Part shown: positions 15,538 to 27,646 of the stretch, in pieces
Position numbering within the stretch: position 1 is the stretch's first letter
How the letters are laid out: every line of letters begins with the position of its first letter
DNA from: an uncultured Acidimicrobiaceae bacterium
Lineage (GTDB): Bacteria; Actinomycetota; Acidimicrobiia; Acidimicrobiales; RAAP-2
NCBI GenBank assembly: GCA_963751335.1
Contig: CAVVUB010000001.1
Location: 325,704-389,703 of the forward strand
Reading direction: 5' to 3'
Length of the DNA stretch: 64,000 nucleotides
Position numbers and translations under genes: made by a program
Notes under the pieces: generated by a model
The model's input: the letters and a program-made list of their open reading frames with translations, nothing else
Told to the model about the DNA's origin: nothing
Databases searched by the model: none

Positions 15538-18171
15538 TCAAGAACCGATTTCGATGTCCCCGCCGTGGATCAGCGGTTGTGCCGCCTTCCGCGTCACGTC
15601 GCACCCGGGAGAGGTCTGGGAGACCGACCTTCCCGTGGCCACCGTGAGCGCCGCCGGACTGGACCCCAGCACCGCGACGACGGTTTCCTTTGCCGATCCG
15701 TCCGTCACCTTCCCGGTGATCGTGGCCGTAGTGCCGGCGATCGAGACGCACGTCACTCGTGCGCTCAGCGCCGTCCAGCGGGGTGGGAAGGTCGGCCAAT
15801 CCTTCTGATAGAAGAAGAATGCGCCCTGCGCCGTGTTCCCGGTGCCCTCCGTCTCGATACCGAAGAGGTTGTGATACTCGCCGGCGCCGAGGATCTGATC
15901 GGTCGACACCGAGGGAGCGTCGCCCAGTTCGAGGTCGATCGCGCCGCTCGCCAACGGCGTGAGCTCCGGCGAACTCGTGGGAGCCCAGCATCCTGACGAG
16001 ACCGAGGCGATATCAGGCGCGTAGGAGAGCGCGAGCTCGTTTCCAGCGCCGATCTGGGCCACGACGTTTTCTGAACCAGTAGGACCTTGTACCTGCCCGG
16101 TGATGGTGGCGACCCCGTCGTCGAATGTGACGCAGCTCACGGTCGCTCCCCGAAGGGTAAGGGGGGTGCTCGGTGTGGGCCAGCCCGCCTGGTAGAAAGA
16201 AAACGTCCCGCGGGCGTCTCGACCGGTGGCGCTCGTGTCGATCCCGAACGACCCCGCGTTGCCGCTCAGGCTGCCGTAACCGATGATCTCGGCGGGGCTG
16301 TTGATCTGACCCACGGTGTTGCTGCCTGCGTTCGTGAACCACACGTTTCCGTTCGGCCCCGTCACGATGGAGTTCGGTTGATCAATCGACGGGTCGGTGT
16401 AGTCGGCGATTTCACCTGACGTCGTGATCCTCCCGATTGAGTTGTTGGCCGTGTTCGTGAACCACAGTTGTTCGTCGGGCCCGGTGGTGATGCCCTCGGG
16501 CTGGTCGATCGAAGGGTCGGTGTAGTTGGTCACCACACCGGACGTCGAGATGCGGCCGATGGAGTTGTTGCCGGCGTTGGTGAACCACAGCGCACCGTCA
16601 GACCCGGCGGTGACCCCTTCGGGCTGGTCGATCGAAGGGTCGGTGTAGTTGGTCACCACACCGGACGTCGAGATGCGGCCGATGGAGTTGTTGCCGGCGT
16701 TGGTGAACCACAGCGCACCGTCAGGCCCTGTGGTGATGCCTTCGGGCTGGTCGATTGACGCGTCGGCATAGTTCGTCACCGACCCTGTGGTGGTGATACG
16801 CCCGATGGAGTTGTTGCCGGCGTTGGTGAACCACAGCGCATCGTCAGGTCCGGTCGTGATGTTCTCGGGCTGGTCGATCGACGCGTCGGTGTAGTTGGTC
16901 ACCGACCCAGTGGTGGTGATACGCCCGATGGAGTTGTTGCCGACGTTGGTGAACCACAGGGCGCCGTCGGGCCCGGGGGTGATGCCTCCGGGCTGGTCGA
17001 TGGACGGGTCTGCCGCGTCCGCCAGCCCTGTCTGATTGCTATTGATTGTCACGTAGCTGAGCCGTCCGATGGTATTTCCGGTCGAGTTCGTGACCCAGAA
17101 CGAACCGTCAGGTCCGAGCGCGATCCCGTGCGGTTCGTCGAAGCCGTCGGCGGTGAAGTTCGACACGAGACCGGAGGTCGTCACCCGAACGATGGAACTC
17201 GCGTAATGATTGTCGAACCATAGAGCGCCGTCGGACCCGATCGCGACGGAACCCAGGCCGAATGGCTTGCAATACGAGCACTCGAAGCGGCTCAGCGTGT
17301 TCGTGGTCGGGTCGAACTTTCCGATCTCGCCTCCTCGTGCTTGGAACCACATGGCGCCGTCTGGTCCCTCCGTGATGGCGCTGCCGTAGTCGCCCTTGAC
17401 TGGGAACATGTTGACGATGCCTGTGGAGGTGATCTCACCCATCTTCCCGCCGTACAAGAACCAGATGGCTCCGTCCGGACCAGCCGCCAGGCCGCTCGGC
17501 CAATCCTGTCCCGGCACAGTGAAGCTGGAAACGGCGCCGGACGTCGTGATGCGTCCAATGGTGCGGCTTCCCGCGTTGACGAACCACAAGGCACCGTCGG
17601 GGCCGGCCGTGATATCCGTTGGAGTGTCCAACGTTGGATCGCTGTAGGTCGTCACCGCGCCGGACGTCGAGATACGACCTATCGAGTTGTTGAGCTGCGT
17701 GAACCAGAGGGCACCGTCGGAGCCGCTGACGATGCTGCCCGGTTCGTCGATGGACGGATCGGTGTAGTCGCTGACGACGCCCGATGTCGTGATCCTGCCG
17801 ATGGCGCCGCCATTGAGCGCCCCCTCGGTAAACCACAGTGCACCGTCTGGGCCCGAGGTGATCCCTCCCAACCCCCACAGGCCGGAAGGATCGAACGTGC
17901 CGGCGATGTAGCTCGTGATGACTCCGTTGGGCGTGATGCGGCCGATCGAATATTCGGCGCCATTGGTGAACCACAAGTTGCCATCGGGGCCGGCAGTGAT
18001 GTCGGACGGGCCCGAGACCAAGGCCCCCGGGTCGCTGCCCACCGTCACGGCCGGCGGGAAGGCAGAGGCCTGCGACGGTGAGAAGAGGACCATACCGGTC
18101 GCCAAAGTGCTCAGGACCAGCACAGTGGGCCCGATTCCTCGCGGCATTCGAGTCCACCAGCGTCGATCCAT
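15538..18171 (-). CDS. Secreted Vgb-like (streptogramin-lyase-type) beta-propeller repeat protein: 14 blades plus two related C-terminal domains
   Basis: Signal peptide (..LVLSTLATGMVLFSPSQASA). Fourteen 41-aa units of type GPDGALWFTNAGNNSIGRI(T/S)TSGxVTNYTDPSIDQPEGIT. Two C-terminal modules of about 110 aa contain F(S/F)FYQ..WPT and ..V(S/T)CV...(T)ATITG(Q/K)V. Start is 18171 or 18204. Confidence 0.75.
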   Translation of the reverse strand: MDRRWWTRMPRGIGPTVLVLSTLATGMVLFSPSQASAFPPAVTVGSDPGALVSGPSDITAGPDGNLWFTNGAEYSIGRITPNGVITSYIAGTFDPSGLWGLGGITSGPDGALWFTEGALNGGAIGRITTSGVVSDYTDPSIDEPGSIVSGSDGALWFTQLNNSIGRISTSGAVTTYSDPTLDTPTDITAGPDGALWFVNAGSRTIGRITTSGAVSSFTVPGQDWPSGLAAGPDGAIWFLYGGKMGEITSTGIVNMFPVKGDYGSAITEGPDGAMWFQARGGEIGKFDPTTNTLSRFECSYCKPFGLGSVAIGSDGALWFDNHYASSIVRVTTSGLVSNFTADGFDEPHGIALGPDGSFWVTNSTGNTIGRLSYVTINSNQTGLADAADPSIDQPGGITPGPDGALWFTNVGNNSIGRITTTGSVTNYTDASIDQPENITTGPDDALWFTNAGNNSIGRITTTGSVTNYADASIDQPEGITTGPDGALWFTNAGNNSIGRISTSGVVTNYTDPSIDQPEGVTAGSDGALWFTNAGNNSIGRISTSGVVTNYTDPSIDQPEGITTGPDEQLWFTNTANNSIGRITTSGEIADYTDPSIDQPNSIVTGPNGNVWFTNAGSNTVGQINSPAEIIGYGSLSGNAGSFGIDTSATGRDARGTFSFYQAGWPTPSTPLTLRGATVSCVTFDDGVATITGQVQGPTGSENVVAQIGAGNELALSYAPDIASVSSGCWAPTSSPELTPLASGAIDLELGDAPSVSTDQILGAGEYHNLFGIETEGTGNTAQGAFFFYQKDWPTFPPRWTALSARVTCVSIAGTTATITGKVTDGSAKETVVAVLGSSPAALTVATGRSVSQTSPGCDVTRKAAQPLIHGGDIEIGS
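16375..17000. repeat. Tandem 123-bp coding repeats (at least 5 units) inside the propeller gene; two units share 104 identical nt
   Basis: The unit landmark gggctggtcgat recurs at 16498, 16621, 16744, 16867 and 16990 (period 123). Segments 16498-16601 and 16621-16724 are identical. Confidence 0.85.
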
Positions 18172-18368
18172 CTGGACCTTCCCGCACGCTCTTCGGGCGT
18201 GCAAGAAGGTTCCTACGACGCCCGGTACGTGCTGTCTCGCTCATCCAATCATGATCACTGGGCCCCCCACAACCCTCCGGCTGCCTCGAGTCGATCAGGG
18301 CGTCCGGTCCGGGGAACGCGCCGTTAGCCTCGAGGAACCGCTCCGTTCGACCCTGAGAGGCATCCTGC

Positions 18369-19133
18369 ATGACCGATTACCCAGCTCCGCCCGTCCCGGC
18401 GAACCACGTGGAGCCGGTGCCACGGCGGATCCGGGCCGTCCTGGCCGGCAAGACGGTGGTGGACACGACCGCGGCCCGCTACGTGTGGGAGTGGCCCCCC
18501 TTTCCGCAGTACTACATCCCCCTGGCCGATGTGGCACCCGACGTGCTGGTCGACGAGCAGTCGACCGACGACACTCCCCGGGGTGAGGTCAAGCGATACG
18601 GGCTTCGCGTCGGCGACGTCGAGCGGCCGGGGGCGGCGAAGGTGCTCGGTGCGGCGAAGGTGGCCGGCCTCGACGACACGGTGCGTTTCGAGTGGTCTGC
18701 GCTCGACGCCTGGTACGAGGAGGACGAGCAGGTGTTCGTCCACCCGCGCAATCCGTACTCCCGGGTCGACGCCATCCGCTCGACCCGCACGGTGCGGGTG
18801 GAGTCCCACGGTGTCGTGCTGGCGGAGTCCTCGTCACCCGTCCTGTGCTTCGAGACCGGACTGCCGACCCGCTACTACCTCAACCGGACGGACGTCGACT
18901 TCACGCACCTGGAGCGCACCGAGACCCGGACCGCATGCCCCTACAAGGGCGTCACCACCGGCTACTGGTCATCGGTGATCGAAGGGCGCACCCACCCGGA
19001 CATCGCCTGGGCCTACGACTTCCCGACCCGCGACCTGCTGCCCATCGCCGGCCTGGTGGCCTTCTACAACGAGAAGCTCGACATCTTCCTCGACGGTGTC
19101 GAACTCGAGCGACCGAAGACCCACTTCTCCTGA
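18369..19133 (+). CDS. DUF427 domain-containing protein (two DUF427 modules)
   Basis: 254 aa with duplicated pattern ..[23 protein letters not shown].. and ..[42 protein letters not shown]. Confidence 0.8.
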   Translation: MTDYPAPPVPANHVEPVPRRIRAVLAGKTVVDTTAARYVWEWPPFPQYYIPLADVAPDVLVDEQSTDDTPRGEVKRYGLRVGDVERPGAAKVLGAAKVAGLDDTVRFEWSALDAWYEEDEQVFVHPRNPYSRVDAIRSTRTVRVESHGVVLAESSSPVLCFETGLPTRYYLNRTDVDFTHLERTETRTACPYKGVTTGYWSSVIEGRTHPDIAWAYDFPTRDLLPIAGLVAFYNEKLDIFLDGVELERPKTHFS

Positions 19134-19162
19134 GCCCAGGCCACCGCCGGGCCGGTGCTCGG

Positions 19163-22021
<2,859 letters not shown>

Positions 22022-22028
22022 TGAGAGG

Positions 22029-22050
22029 AGATTACCGGTGGGCTGTGTCA
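22029..22050 (-). promoter_or_regulatory. Candidate leaderless promoter of uvrA (-10 TAATCT 7 nt upstream of the ATG, preceded by TGACACAG-N8)
   Basis: The minus strand reads tgacacag-cccaccgg-TAATCT-cctctca-ATG. There is no Shine-Dalgarno. The geometry loosely resembles the mycobacterial RecA-NDp element tTGTCRgtg-N8-TAnnnT. Confidence 0.35.
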
Positions 22051-22149
22051 CCCCGGTCCGGCCGCCGCGTCGATGCAGGCAGGACGGGGCGGCGGCCTCA
22101 GCCGGGCTGCTGATGGTCGGCCGCCGAGGGTCGGCGACCTCCCCGGCGC

Positions 22150-22533
22150 CTACTCGAAGGTCACGTCCTCGTCGCCCCAGTAGGCGGTCGCTTCGGAGAT
22201 CTGGCCCTCGTCGGTCACGGTGAACACCTCGACCCCGCGGATGTGCATGACCTGGTCGACTCCCGCCATCGTCATGGAGATGTCGAAGCTCACGGCGGCG
22301 ACATCGCCCACCGGGTGCACGCTCACGGGGTCGAAGGCGATGGTCTCGCAGGCGTCGAACGAATTCGAGATGAAGTCCCGGATCTCGTCGCGCCCGACAT
22401 GGCGGCCGGCCGGGTACGGGTCGATCTGGACGGCATCCTCTGTGAACAGGGCGGCGTAGGCGTCCGCGTCCTTGGTGCCGACCGTGCCGGCATAGCGTTC
22501 GGCGACCTCACGAAGCAGTACCGGCGTGGGCAT
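22150..22533 (-). CDS. SnoaL-like / NTF2-fold protein
   Basis: 127 aa from [43 protein letters not shown].., a typical SnoaL/ketosteroid-isomerase-like N-terminus. Confidence 0.7.
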   Translation of the reverse strand: MPTPVLLREVAERYAGTVGTKDADAYAALFTEDAVQIDPYPAGRHVGRDEIRDFISNSFDACETIAFDPVSVHPVGDVAAVSFDISMTMAGVDQVMHIRGVEVFTVTDEGQISEATAYWGDEDVTFE

Positions 22534-22600
22534 CGGCTCACCATAGGCCGCCGGGCGCGAAGAGCGCCGGTGGCGCCGCGCCGGAGGGGCGCGGGGCGGC

Positions 22601-23692
22601 TCAACCGACCACCCGATAGAGCTGAATCGGGTCGGCGAAGCCCTTGAGCATCCGTCTGCCCGCGGGCTCGAGCTGCCCTGGTCGCCCCTCGGCCACGTCC
22701 GCTTCTGACGCCGCCACCAGGGCCTCCCCCGGGGCGGCCTCGCGCACGACCCGGGCGGCCAGGTTGACCACCGGACCGAAGACGTCGCCACCCTTGAGGG
22801 TGACGTCGCCGACGGCCAGGCCGCAGCGGGCCTCGGGCAGCCCCGGATCTGCGGCCAGGGCGGCGGCCAACGCCGTGGCGATGGTGCCGCCGCGTTCGAC
22901 GGTCGGCGCGGTGAAGAGCACCTCGTCGCCGATGAGCTTGACCACCCGCCCGCCGCCATCGAGCACACGCTCGGTGGCCAACACCTCGAACGCACTCAGG
23001 AGGGCACCGAGCTCTGCGACGGTCGACGTCTGGGCCAGCGAGGTGGAGTCGACCAGGTCGACGAAGCCGACGCACAGGTGCTGGACCTCGTACCCCGACG
23101 CCACCTGCTCCGCGGCGATGCTGCGTCGGGCCCCGATCACGTGTTGGCGCAGCAGCACCTCGAGCAGCCGTATGACAGAGGGGATGAGCTCGACCGCCTG
23201 CTCGTTGGCCCGGGCGCTGGCCAGGCCCACGGCCTCCTCCTGCTCGGCTTGGGGTTGCACGTACACGAGAAAGGCCGACACGACCGCATCGGCCACTCGG
23301 GCCATGGCCGTTCCCATGACCCGGACCAGCTGGAGCACGGCGTCGCTCCCGAAAAGGTCGTCGGCCGCCGCCAGGCCGCGGCCGAGACCGGCGAAACCCT
23401 CCACGAAGAACCGGTCCCCGGGGCCGGGGATGGGGAGCCCGGCGGCCCGGACGATGGCGGCGACCTCGGCCTCACCCAACCCCGACTCGGCGACGACCTC
23501 GGGCAGGGTGAGCGCCCGGCCGCCCCGGAGGGCGAGCACGGCGGCGAGACCGGGGAGCCCGTCGCGGAAGTCGAGCAGGTCCTCGGCGTTGGCTCCCCGC
23601 GCCACGAGGAACTCGAGCAGCGCGAGCTGGTGGGGGGCGCCGGGATCGGCAGGGTCATAGAGCCCGAGGCGCTCCCATTCGGCGACGTCCAC
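22601..23692 (-). CDS. Class III adenylate/guanylate cyclase with N-terminal helical domain
   Basis: The C-terminal catalytic domain reads ..LCVGFVDLVDSTSLAQ..GGRVVKLIGDEVLFTAP..GDVFGPVVNLAARVV... Start is uncertain (GTG at 23692, or 23767). Confidence 0.75.
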   Translation of the reverse strand: MDVAEWERLGLYDPADPGAPHQLALLEFLVARGANAEDLLDFRDGLPGLAAVLALRGGRALTLPEVVAESGLGEAEVAAIVRAAGLPIPGPGDRFFVEGFAGLGRGLAAADDLFGSDAVLQLVRVMGTAMARVADAVVSAFLVYVQPQAEQEEAVGLASARANEQAVELIPSVIRLLEVLLRQHVIGARRSIAAEQVASGYEVQHLCVGFVDLVDSTSLAQTSTVAELGALLSAFEVLATERVLDGGGRVVKLIGDEVLFTAPTVERGGTIATALAAALAADPGLPEARCGLAVGDVTLKGGDVFGPVVNLAARVVREAAPGEALVAASEADVAEGRPGQLEPAGRRMLKGFADPIQLYRVVG

Positions 23693-23747
23693 GGCGGCGA
23701 CCGTACCGCCCACCGACGCCCGGAGCCGGCTCAGGCCCGGTTGCCCC

Positions 23748-23991
23748 TCAGCGCGACTCCTCCCCACGCAGCCGCTGGCTCGGGAAGCGGTCGCGCACCG
23801 TCTCGTTGAAGGTACCGGCCGAGCGACGGGGCCGAGAGCAGGGCCCGGTGCACCGAGCTGGGTACCTGGAAATAGCGGTAGACCGTGCCGTTGCGGAAGG
23901 ACACGTAGAGCTCGTTGACCGTGCCGTCGAAGCCGATGGCGGCCAGGCTGCTGGACTCCACGGGTGTCATCGGGGGCAAGGGCATCGGCAC
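23748..23991 (-). pseudogene. KTSC domain protein with one frame break near 23812
   Basis: ..VESSSLAAIGFDGTVNELYVSFRNGTVYRYFQVPSSVHRALLSAPSLGRY is followed by nonsense. Removing one base from taCCtt gives YFNETVRDRFPSQRLRGEESR*, the expected KTSC tail. Confidence 0.6.
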
Positions 23992-24060
23992 GACTCCTGG
24001 AGGCGTTCCCCCGAGTGTTGCCCGTCGCCGGGGTGGTCAGGATGGTGGCCAGGCCGGAGG

Positions 24061-26107
24061 TCAGGCCGTGATGGAGGAACGCAACTCGGCGATCTCATCG
24101 CGCAGCAGCGCGGCCTCTTCGTAGCGCAACTCGGCGGCGGCCGCCTTCATCTCGGCCTCGAGCTGGGTCATGAGCTCCATGGCGGCGGCCGGCGTGGACG
24201 CATCTCCCTCGGCCAGGAGTGCCGGCCGCCGGTTGCCGCGCACGGCGGCGTTCTTGCGCACCTCGGCCCGGCTGCGCCCGGCCTTGGCCACGCCGCCACT
24301 CGTCCCGCGCAGGCGCTCGAGGATGTCGGTGACCGACTTGCGGATGGTCTGCGGGTCGATGCCGTGCTCGAGGTTGTAGGCGATCTGCACCTCGCGGCGG
24401 CGCTGGGTGACCGACACCGCTTCTCGCATGGAGTCGGTGACGGTATCGGCGTAGAGCACCACCAGGCCGTCGACGTTGCGGGCCGCCCGGCCCATCGTCT
24501 GGATGAGCGAGGAGGCCGACCGCAAGAAGCCCTCCTTGTCCGCGTCGAGGATGGCCACCAGCGCCACCTCGGGCAGATCGAGGCCCTCGCGCAGCAGGTT
24601 GATCCCGACCAGCACGTCCATCGTCCCGAGCCGCAGCTCGCGCAGGATCTCGATGCGGGTGATGGTGTCGATGTCCGAGTGGAGATACTGCACGCGCACG
24701 CCCGCCTCGGCCAGGTAGTCGGTGAGGTCCTCGGCCATCTTCTTGGTGAGCGTCGTGACCAGCACCCGTCCCCCGGCGGCGACCGTCTTGGCGATCCGGG
24801 CCTGCAGGTCGTCCACCTGGCCCTTGGTCGGCATGATGGTGACCTCGGGATCGATCAGCCCGGTGGGGCGGATGACCTGCTCGACGATCTGCTCGGAGTG
24901 CTCGAGCTCGAAAGGTCCGGGCGTGGCCGAGACGTAGACGGTCTGGTGCACCCGCTCAATGAACTCGTCGAAACGCAGCGGCCGGTTGTCCTTGGCCGAC
25001 GGCAACCGGAAGCCGTGGTCGACCAACACGTCCTTGCGGGAGCGGTCGCCGGCGTACTGGCCGTGGAGCTGGGGTACGGCGACGTGGCTCTCGTCGATGA
25101 CGCAGAGGTAGTCCTTGGGGAAGAAGTCGAGCAGCGTGTACGGGGTTTCGCCCGGGGAGCGGCCGTCGAGATGACGGCTGTAGTTCTCGATGCCCGAGCA
25201 GATGCCGGTCTCGGCCAGCATTTCGAGGTCGTGCTCGGTGCGGACCCGGAGGCGTTGGGCCTCGAGCAGCTTGCCCTCCTGCTCGAACTCGCCGAGGCGC
25301 TCGCGCAGTTCGACCTCGATGGTGCCCACGGCGCGCTGGATGATCTCGTCGCCGGTCACGTAGTGGGTGGCGGCATAGACCGCGATGTCCTCGAGCTCGT
25401 CTCCCATCTCCCCCGTCATGCACGTCGAAGGGAACGATGCGTTCGACGGTGTCGCCGAAGATCTCGACCCGCAGCGCCTCTTCTTCATAGGCGGGGTGGA
25501 TCTCGACGGTGTCGCCCCGGGCCCGGAAGGCGCCCCGCACCAGGTTCACGTCGTTGCGGGCGTACTGCAGGTCGACCAGTTTGCGCAGCATGTTGCGCTG
25601 GTCCACCTGCTCCCCCACGGACAGCGCCAGGATGCGGTCGCGGTATTCGGCTGGCGAGCCCAGGCCGTAGATGCACGAGACCGAGGCGACGACGATGACG
25701 TCGCGCCGCATCAGGAGCGACGAGGTGGTGGCGTGGCGCAGGCGGTCGATCTCGTCGTTGATGGACGAGTCCTTCTCGATGTAGGTGTCCGATGCCGGCA
25801 GGTAGGCCTCAGGCTGGTAGTAGTCGTAATAGGAGACGAAGAACTCGACCCGGTTCTTGGGGAAGAGCTCGCGCAGCTCCGAGGAGAGCTGGGCGGCCAG
25901 CGACTTGTTGGGCTCGATGATGAGGGTGGGCCGCTGCACCTGCTCGATCATCCAGGCGATGGTGGCCGTCTTCCCCGAGCCCGTGATGCCCTGGAGGGTC
26001 TGGTACGCGTCGCCCCGCTTCACGCCTGTGGTCAGCGCGGTGATGGCAGTCGGCTGGTCCCCCGAGGGCTTGAAAGGCGAAACCACCTCGAAGTCGGGCA
26101 TGACCAA
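24061..26107 (-). pseudogene. uvrB: Excinuclease ABC subunit B with one frame break near 25415
   Basis: The N-terminal piece reads ..[31 protein letters not shown]... The C-terminal piece reads ..[36 protein letters not shown]. Span is 2047 nt = 3n+1. Confidence 0.9.
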
Positions 26108-26134
26108 CCGAGGATAGCTGGGAGGTGTGACAGC

Positions 26135-26757
26135 TCAGGCGGGGGCCCGCCGCTGCTCCCGGGCGTCGAGCAGCCAGTCCCAGAGCTTCTCCACCTCGAC
26201 CTCGAGGGCGGCCAGATCACCCGAGTTGTCGAGCACGTAGTCCGCTTCCTTGACCCGCTCCTCCCGCGAGATCTGGGCCCGGATGCGGGCCTCGGCGTCG
26301 GACCGGTCGAAGCCACGTTGCGAGATCAGGCGCTCGAGCGCGATCTCGGTCGGGCAGTCGACCACGACCACCTCGTCGCAGCTTCACCGTCTCGCGATGG
26401 ACGGCGGTGAGGAGGGGGATGGCGAGGACCACGATGCTGTCCGTCCCCTCGAAGGAGTCCCGGGCCTGCATCATGGCGATCCCGATGGCCGGGTGGGTGA
26501 TGGCGTTGAGGGCCAGCCGGCTCTCGTCGTCGGCGAAGGCGACGGCGGCCAGCGCGGGCCGGTCGATGGTGCCGTCCGCGGCGACGATCCCGGGACCGAA
26601 GCGGTCGACCAGGGGCTGGTAGGCCGGGCCGTCCGGCTGCCACGACGTCGCGGGCGACCTGGTCGGCATCGATGAGCGTGGCGCCGCGGGCCACGAGCAG
26701 GTCGGCGACGGCGGACTTGCCCGACCCGATGCCGCCGGTGAGCCCGACGGCGAGCAT
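26135..26757 (-). pseudogene. coaE: Dephospho-CoA kinase with two frame breaks (near 26640 and 26375)
   Basis: Pieces read [33 protein letters not shown], then ..[21 protein letters not shown], then ..[29 protein letters not shown]. Span is 623 nt = 3n+2. ATGA overlap with the upstream gene. Confidence 0.8.
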
Positions 26758-27569
26758 CAGCGGGCGGCCTCCCGCCGCGGCCGGCGGGCGACGGCGAACA
26801 ACACGAGGGTCGTGTCGTCGAGCTGATCGGTCACGAACCAGTCGTCGGCGGTGATGCCGGTCTGACCACCGGCGTCCTCCTTGGCCACCAGACGGTAGGC
26901 CAGGGGCAGTAACCGGGTGTACGACCACACGTACCACGAACGCGGTATGCGGTGACGCAAGTCGAGGACGTCGAGGGCCAGCAGCCGGTTCGCCTTCACC
27001 CGCCGGGCCGTCATGTCGTCCTTCACGTGCGGCGCGGCGTCGACCCCGGCCAGCCAGACGTCGCCGAAGTGGCGCTCGAGCATGGACCGAAGCTCGTCCC
27101 GGTCGAAGAGATGCAAGTGGAACGGGTTCTCGAAGTCGGCCGGCTTGTTGGGGGTGAGCACGTAGAGCACCCCGTCGTCCTTCAGGACCCGGGCCAGCTC
27201 GGACACGTGCGGCTCCGGATCCGCGAAGTGCTCGATGAGGTGGGACGAGCAGGCGCCGTCGAAGCTGGACGAGAGGAAGCCCAGGCCGAGCGCGTCCATC
27301 TGGGCCACCCGGAGACCCTCGGGCCCGTAGCGGCGGGCGGCCGTCACGACGGCGTCACTCGAGTAGTCGGCCCCGACCACCTGGCGGCCGGGATCGAGGA
27401 AGCGGGCCGACTCGAAGCCCTGCCCACACCCCACATCGAGCATGCGCCCGCCTCCCATGCGCTCGAGCACGGCGCGGTAGCCGGCCTCGTGGAGGGCCAG
27501 GAGCGAGTCCGGCGTGACGCCCTGTTGGGGGCGTTCTCCCGTCAGCCGGGACTTGGTGCTGGTGGCCAC
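26757..27569 (-). CDS. Class I SAM-dependent methyltransferase
   Basis: Motif I is [16 protein letters not shown], followed by ..[29 protein letters not shown]. The start is taken at GTG 27569 so that it does not overlap the divergent gene. Confidence 0.75.
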   Translation of the reverse strand: MATSTKSRLTGERPQQGVTPDSLLALHEAGYRAVLERMGGGRMLDVGCGQGFESARFLDPGRQVVGADYSSDAVVTAARRYGPEGLRVAQMDALGLGFLSSSFDGACSSHLIEHFADPEPHVSELARVLKDDGVLYVLTPNKPADFENPFHLHLFDRDELRSMLERHFGDVWLAGVDAAPHVKDDMTARRVKANRLLALDVLDLRHRIPRSWYVWSYTRLLPLAYRLVAKEDAGGQTGITADDWFVTDQLDDTTLVLFAVARRPRREAAR

Positions 27570-27646
27570 AAGCGCTCCCTGGTTGTGTGACACGCCTGGG
27601 TGGCGCTGCCTGCTTACACTACCGGGCGACTTTCCGGCCGCCCTAC

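Noticed and set aside
16375-17000. Regularly spaced near-identical repeats that could suggest a CRISPR array or satellite.
   Set aside because: The period is 123 bp with no unique spacers. The repeats are in frame and encode consecutive beta-propeller blades of one ORF.
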